Part shown: piece by piece, positions 61,040-64,000 of the stretch
How the letters are laid out: every line of letters starts with the position of its first letter
How positions within the stretch are numbered: position 1 is the stretch's first letter
Sequence record: MK310184
DNA from: Phage NC-G
Direction: 5' to 3' (one strand)
DNA length: 64,000 bases
Translations under genes and position numbers: made by a program
Notes under the pieces: model-generated
What the model was told of the DNA's origin: nothing
Database searches by the model: none
What the model saw: the letters and a program-made list of their open reading frames with translations, nothing else

Positions 61040-62765
61040 ATCTAATCAGAATAGTTTTCGTCGCAATAAACTGATTGAAGAAATGGCTCCTCAGCGTCGT
61101 GCTGAGGCGCTAGCTCAAACCCAGAACGACGAATTAGGAAATATAACAGAAGCTTTATCAGAAACCCAGGCGGCTTCTGAATTGCTCTCTGAAGTTGTTG
61201 AAACAAAGTCTAATCAGATTATTAATTCTATAGACCGAGTAGATAAAAGTGTTCAAGATGTTGTCGCCGGAACAGAATTAACAGCCGAAGCTATATCAGA
61301 ACAAACCCAACAATCTAAAGCTCTTTCGGATGCATTAAACGAAAAGATTAATAAGCTTTCTAATATGTTGGAGGCTAAATTTTCTGGTATTTCTATACCA
61401 CCAGAAGGGAGCTCGTTAAAGGTTATTGAAGACTCTATTCCAGAAGAACCTAAGGCCGAAACTCCTAAAGTCCCGGCAGTTGTTGAAGATATTCTTCCAC
61501 CTGAAGATAATAAACCTGATGCTGAATTTGTACCGGAACCTCCTAAAAATTCGGATGAAGGTAAAGAAGGTGATAAGTCTTCTCTTTCTGATAAAATCGA
61601 AGCCCTTACAAAAATAACCGAAAAAGGATTTAAAGCTTCTATAGGCGTCGCAGATAGAATTTCAGGTATGCTTTTTAAGTATACTATTACTGCTGCTGCA
61701 GAAGCCGCTAAACTGGCTGCAGGCCTGGCCCTTTTAATATTTGGTATAGATGCTATTCGTGTATACTTCCAATATTTCATGGACCAATTTAATGAAGGAT
61801 GGAAAAAATTTAACGATAAGTTTAAAGAGTGGGGTCCTGTACTTGAAGGATTAATGACCTGGGCCAAGAATGCTGAAGCTATGTTTAGCGAAAGAAATTG
61901 GCTAGGTCTGGCTGAAGCTATTATTCGCGGTATGGTTAATCTTACCAAAAATATGGCACAACTGTTAATGCTTGGTATTTCTAAATTGATTTCTGCTATT
62001 TTAAGTAAAATACCGGGTATGGGTAATTTGGCTGAAAACGTAGAGGCATCCGCTTTAATGTCGTATCAACAAAATACCGGAGCCACTTTAGATGACGAAG
62101 ACCAAACTAAAGTAGCCAAGTACCATGATAGACGTTCAGCTGAGGCTTTAGAAACAGCCGAGAAAATGAATAAGAAGTATAAGGGTAAACCTGAGCTTAT
62201 AAACCAGGCAGAGAAATACGGTAACCTTACTAAAGAACAAGCCGACCAATTACGCGCTGGTGGAATTGACACAAGCTTCCGTGACCTCCCTGAAGAAGAA
62301 CGTTTAGAGTATTTTAAGAAACGTGATAAAGCCCAGGCTGATATTATTCGTTTAACCCAAACCGCCGATAATATAATGAAGCCTGATTCTAAAGATATCG
62401 AAAATGCCAAGGCATTTAAAGCGGATATCGAGAAACAATTGACTGACCCTATTATGGCTAAAGGTGGAGCACCTAAAGACCTTAATATTCAGCAATTACT
62501 TGATAAGATGAATAAATCTTTAGAGAAATTTAATGAAGCTGAAAAGCCTAAACCTGCTTCTGTAGCGGAATCTCCTGAAAATACCCAGGTTAAAAAGGTT
62601 GACGAGCAAATGAGAGCAAAGGAAAATGCTAAATATAGTCAGCAAGCTCCAACTCAAATAAATCAGCAAACGAATATCAAGAAAACGAGTAAGACTAGTT
62701 ATAATTTACCACCACAGTCTTCCACTCCTGCTCCTGGTATGCGTCAAGCTACTAAAGTTAATTAG
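61029..62765 (+). CDS. 29: Tail length tape-measure / baseplate hub protein gp29
   Basis: 578 aa, low-complexity and coiled-coil, at the T4 gene 29 position. Confidence 0.85.
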   Translation: MKNESNQNSFRRNKLIEEMAPQRRAEALAQTQNDELGNITEALSETQAASELLSEVVETKSNQIINSIDRVDKSVQDVVAGTELTAEAISEQTQQSKALSDALNEKINKLSNMLEAKFSGISIPPEGSSLKVIEDSIPEEPKAETPKVPAVVEDILPPEDNKPDAEFVPEPPKNSDEGKEGDKSSLSDKIEALTKITEKGFKASIGVADRISGMLFKYTITAAAEAAKLAAGLALLIFGIDAIRVYFQYFMDQFNEGWKKFNDKFKEWGPVLEGLMTWAKNAEAMFSERNWLGLAEAIIRGMVNLTKNMAQLLMLGISKLISAILSKIPGMGNLAENVEASALMSYQQNTGATLDDEDQTKVAKYHDRRSAEALETAEKMNKKYKGKPELINQAEKYGNLTKEQADQLRAGGIDTSFRDLPEEERLEYFKKRDKAQADIIRLTQTADNIMKPDSKDIENAKAFKADIEKQLTDPIMAKGGAPKDLNIQQLLDKMNKSLEKFNEAEKPKPASVAESPENTQVKKVDEQMRAKENAKYSQQAPTQINQQTNIKKTSKTSYNLPPQSSTPAPGMRQATKVN

Positions 62766-62773
62766 GATTGATA

Positions 62774-63862
62774 ATGAAAGTAAAAGAAATTGACATTGAC
62801 GTAGCCTCCTTATTTAAAGGAGGTTCAAAAACCTCCGCGGGCCAATCTAAAGCTAAACCGGCCCAAACTACGGTAACTGCCCAGTATCCAGCCGAAAGGG
62901 CCTCGGGCAATGATACCTCTACAGATATGGTGTTAAACGATTTATATAAAAATGGATTACTTTTTACGGCATATAATTTTAGCTCTCGCGTATCACCTGA
63001 TTTACGTAACGACCGCTCGAGCCAAATGACCAAAAAGTTTTCAAAAGCTGCAGGTAAACTTACCGGTAATACTGGAGGGTTCAGTGCTGTTAAAAACTTG
63101 TTTAGTAACAACTCTAAAGGAGTTAAATTTGATAGCCAGGCTTTAGCCAATATTTTGCTCCCTCGTTCCAAATCTGATGTTGATTCGGTTACGCATAAAT
63201 TTAATGATGTAGGCGAATCATTAATTACTAAAGGTGGTGGTACTGCTACAGGTATTTTGAGTAACGTTGCCAGTACTGCTGTATTTGGCGCATTGGAATC
63301 TGTAACTAACGGTGTAATGGCCGATTCCGGTGAGCAAATATACACAACCGCTCGTAGTATGTATGCAGGCCCGGATAACCGTACTAAGGTATTCACTTGG
63401 GAAATGACCCCTAGAAACGCCCAAGACCTTATTCAGATTATTAAAATATATGAAATCTTTAATTACTATTCTTATGGTGAAACAGGCAACTCTGCCTTCG
63501 CCGGCGAATTAAAAGAGAAGATTGATACATGGTACCGTTCCACGTTTAAAAAAGAAGCTATTGATAACTTTGACGGCAAGCTATTAGGAGAAGGTATCAC
63601 AAGTTTCCTTTCTAATGTTATTGTGGTAAGTAACCCAACTATTTGGTATATTCGAAACTTTGGTAATACAAGTTCATATGACGGACGCGAAGATATTTTC
63701 GGACCGTGCCAAATCCAAAGTATACGATTTGATAAAACTCCTGACGGACATTTTAATGGTTTGGCTATTGCTCCTAACTTACCATCCACGTTTAGTTTAG
63801 AAGTTACTTTCCGTGAAATCATTACTTTGAACCGTGGCTCACTTTATACGGAAGGATTCTAA
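62774..63862 (+). CDS. 48: Baseplate tail tube cap gp48
   Basis: Track ORF begins at a TTG; first ATG gives MKVKEIDIDV; about 362 aa. Confidence 0.85.
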   Translation: MKVKEIDIDVASLFKGGSKTSAGQSKAKPAQTTVTAQYPAERASGNDTSTDMVLNDLYKNGLLFTAYNFSSRVSPDLRNDRSSQMTKKFSKAAGKLTGNTGGFSAVKNLFSNNSKGVKFDSQALANILLPRSKSDVDSVTHKFNDVGESLITKGGGTATGILSNVASTAVFGALESVTNGVMADSGEQIYTTARSMYAGPDNRTKVFTWEMTPRNAQDLIQIIKIYEIFNYYSYGETGNSAFAGELKEKIDTWYRSTFKKEAIDNFDGKLLGEGITSFLSNVIVVSNPTIWYIRNFGNTSSYDGREDIFGPCQIQSIRFDKTPDGHFNGLAIAPNLPSTFSLEVTFREIITLNRGSLYTEGF

Positions 63863-64000
63863 TGTATACTTTACAAGAATTTCAAAACCAGGCAATTAAC
63901 ATTGACCTACAAAGGAATAACCTGTTTAGTGTAGTATTTGCTACAGTTCCTTCTTCTAAATCCCAAGCGCTCCTCGACCAGTTCGGTGGAGCTTTATTTA
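63862..64000 (+). CDS. 54: Baseplate tail tube initiator gp54, N-terminal part; gene runs off the window end
   Basis: ATG overlapping the gene 48 stop; MYTLQEFQNQAINIDLQRNNLFSVVFATVPSSK at the T4 gene 54 position. Confidence 0.8.
   Translation, partial: MYTLQEFQNQAINIDLQRNNLFSVVFATVPSSKSQALLDQFGGALF

Noticed and set aside
61253-63396. Minus-strand ORFs of 231 and 212 aa
   Set aside because: Antisense to genes 29 and 48, which have clear T4 counterparts and correct gene order.

Overview
This window is a contiguous segment of a T4-like (Tevenvirinae-type) myovirus genome, recognised by direct protein-level similarity to T4 proteins I recall and by T4 gene order. Coordinates 1-19064 are a minus-strand early/accessory region: a vs-like end, denV, an expanded internal-protein (IP) locus, lysozyme e, nudE, about 25 small unknown ORFs, a tRNA/small-RNA cluster, more IP genes, 57B (Acb1-like 2H phosphoesterase), 57A, then genes 1, 3, 2 and 4. 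Coordinates 19111-51598 are the plus-strand late morphogenesis block: 53, 5, 5.1, 5.4, 6-12, wac, 13-23, and two tandem gene-24 paralogues. Coordinates 51625-64000 carry rnlB, a mini-kinase-like ORF, hoc, inh, uvsW, uvsW.1, uvsY, 25, 26, 51, 27, 28, 29, 48 and the start of 54. The structural core is conventional. The unusual material is in the plastic regions: at least six genes carrying the MKTY(Q/N)EF capsid-targeting leader, eleven promoter-plus-stem-loop cassettes in front of small genes, a five-gene tandem family of small acidic proteins, a tRNA-like RNA with no anticodon arm, and a duplicated vertex protein gene. No CRISPR array, integrase, transposase or homing endonuclease was seen. 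All calls rest on reading the sequence and on recalled T4 protein sequences; no database search or folding was run.
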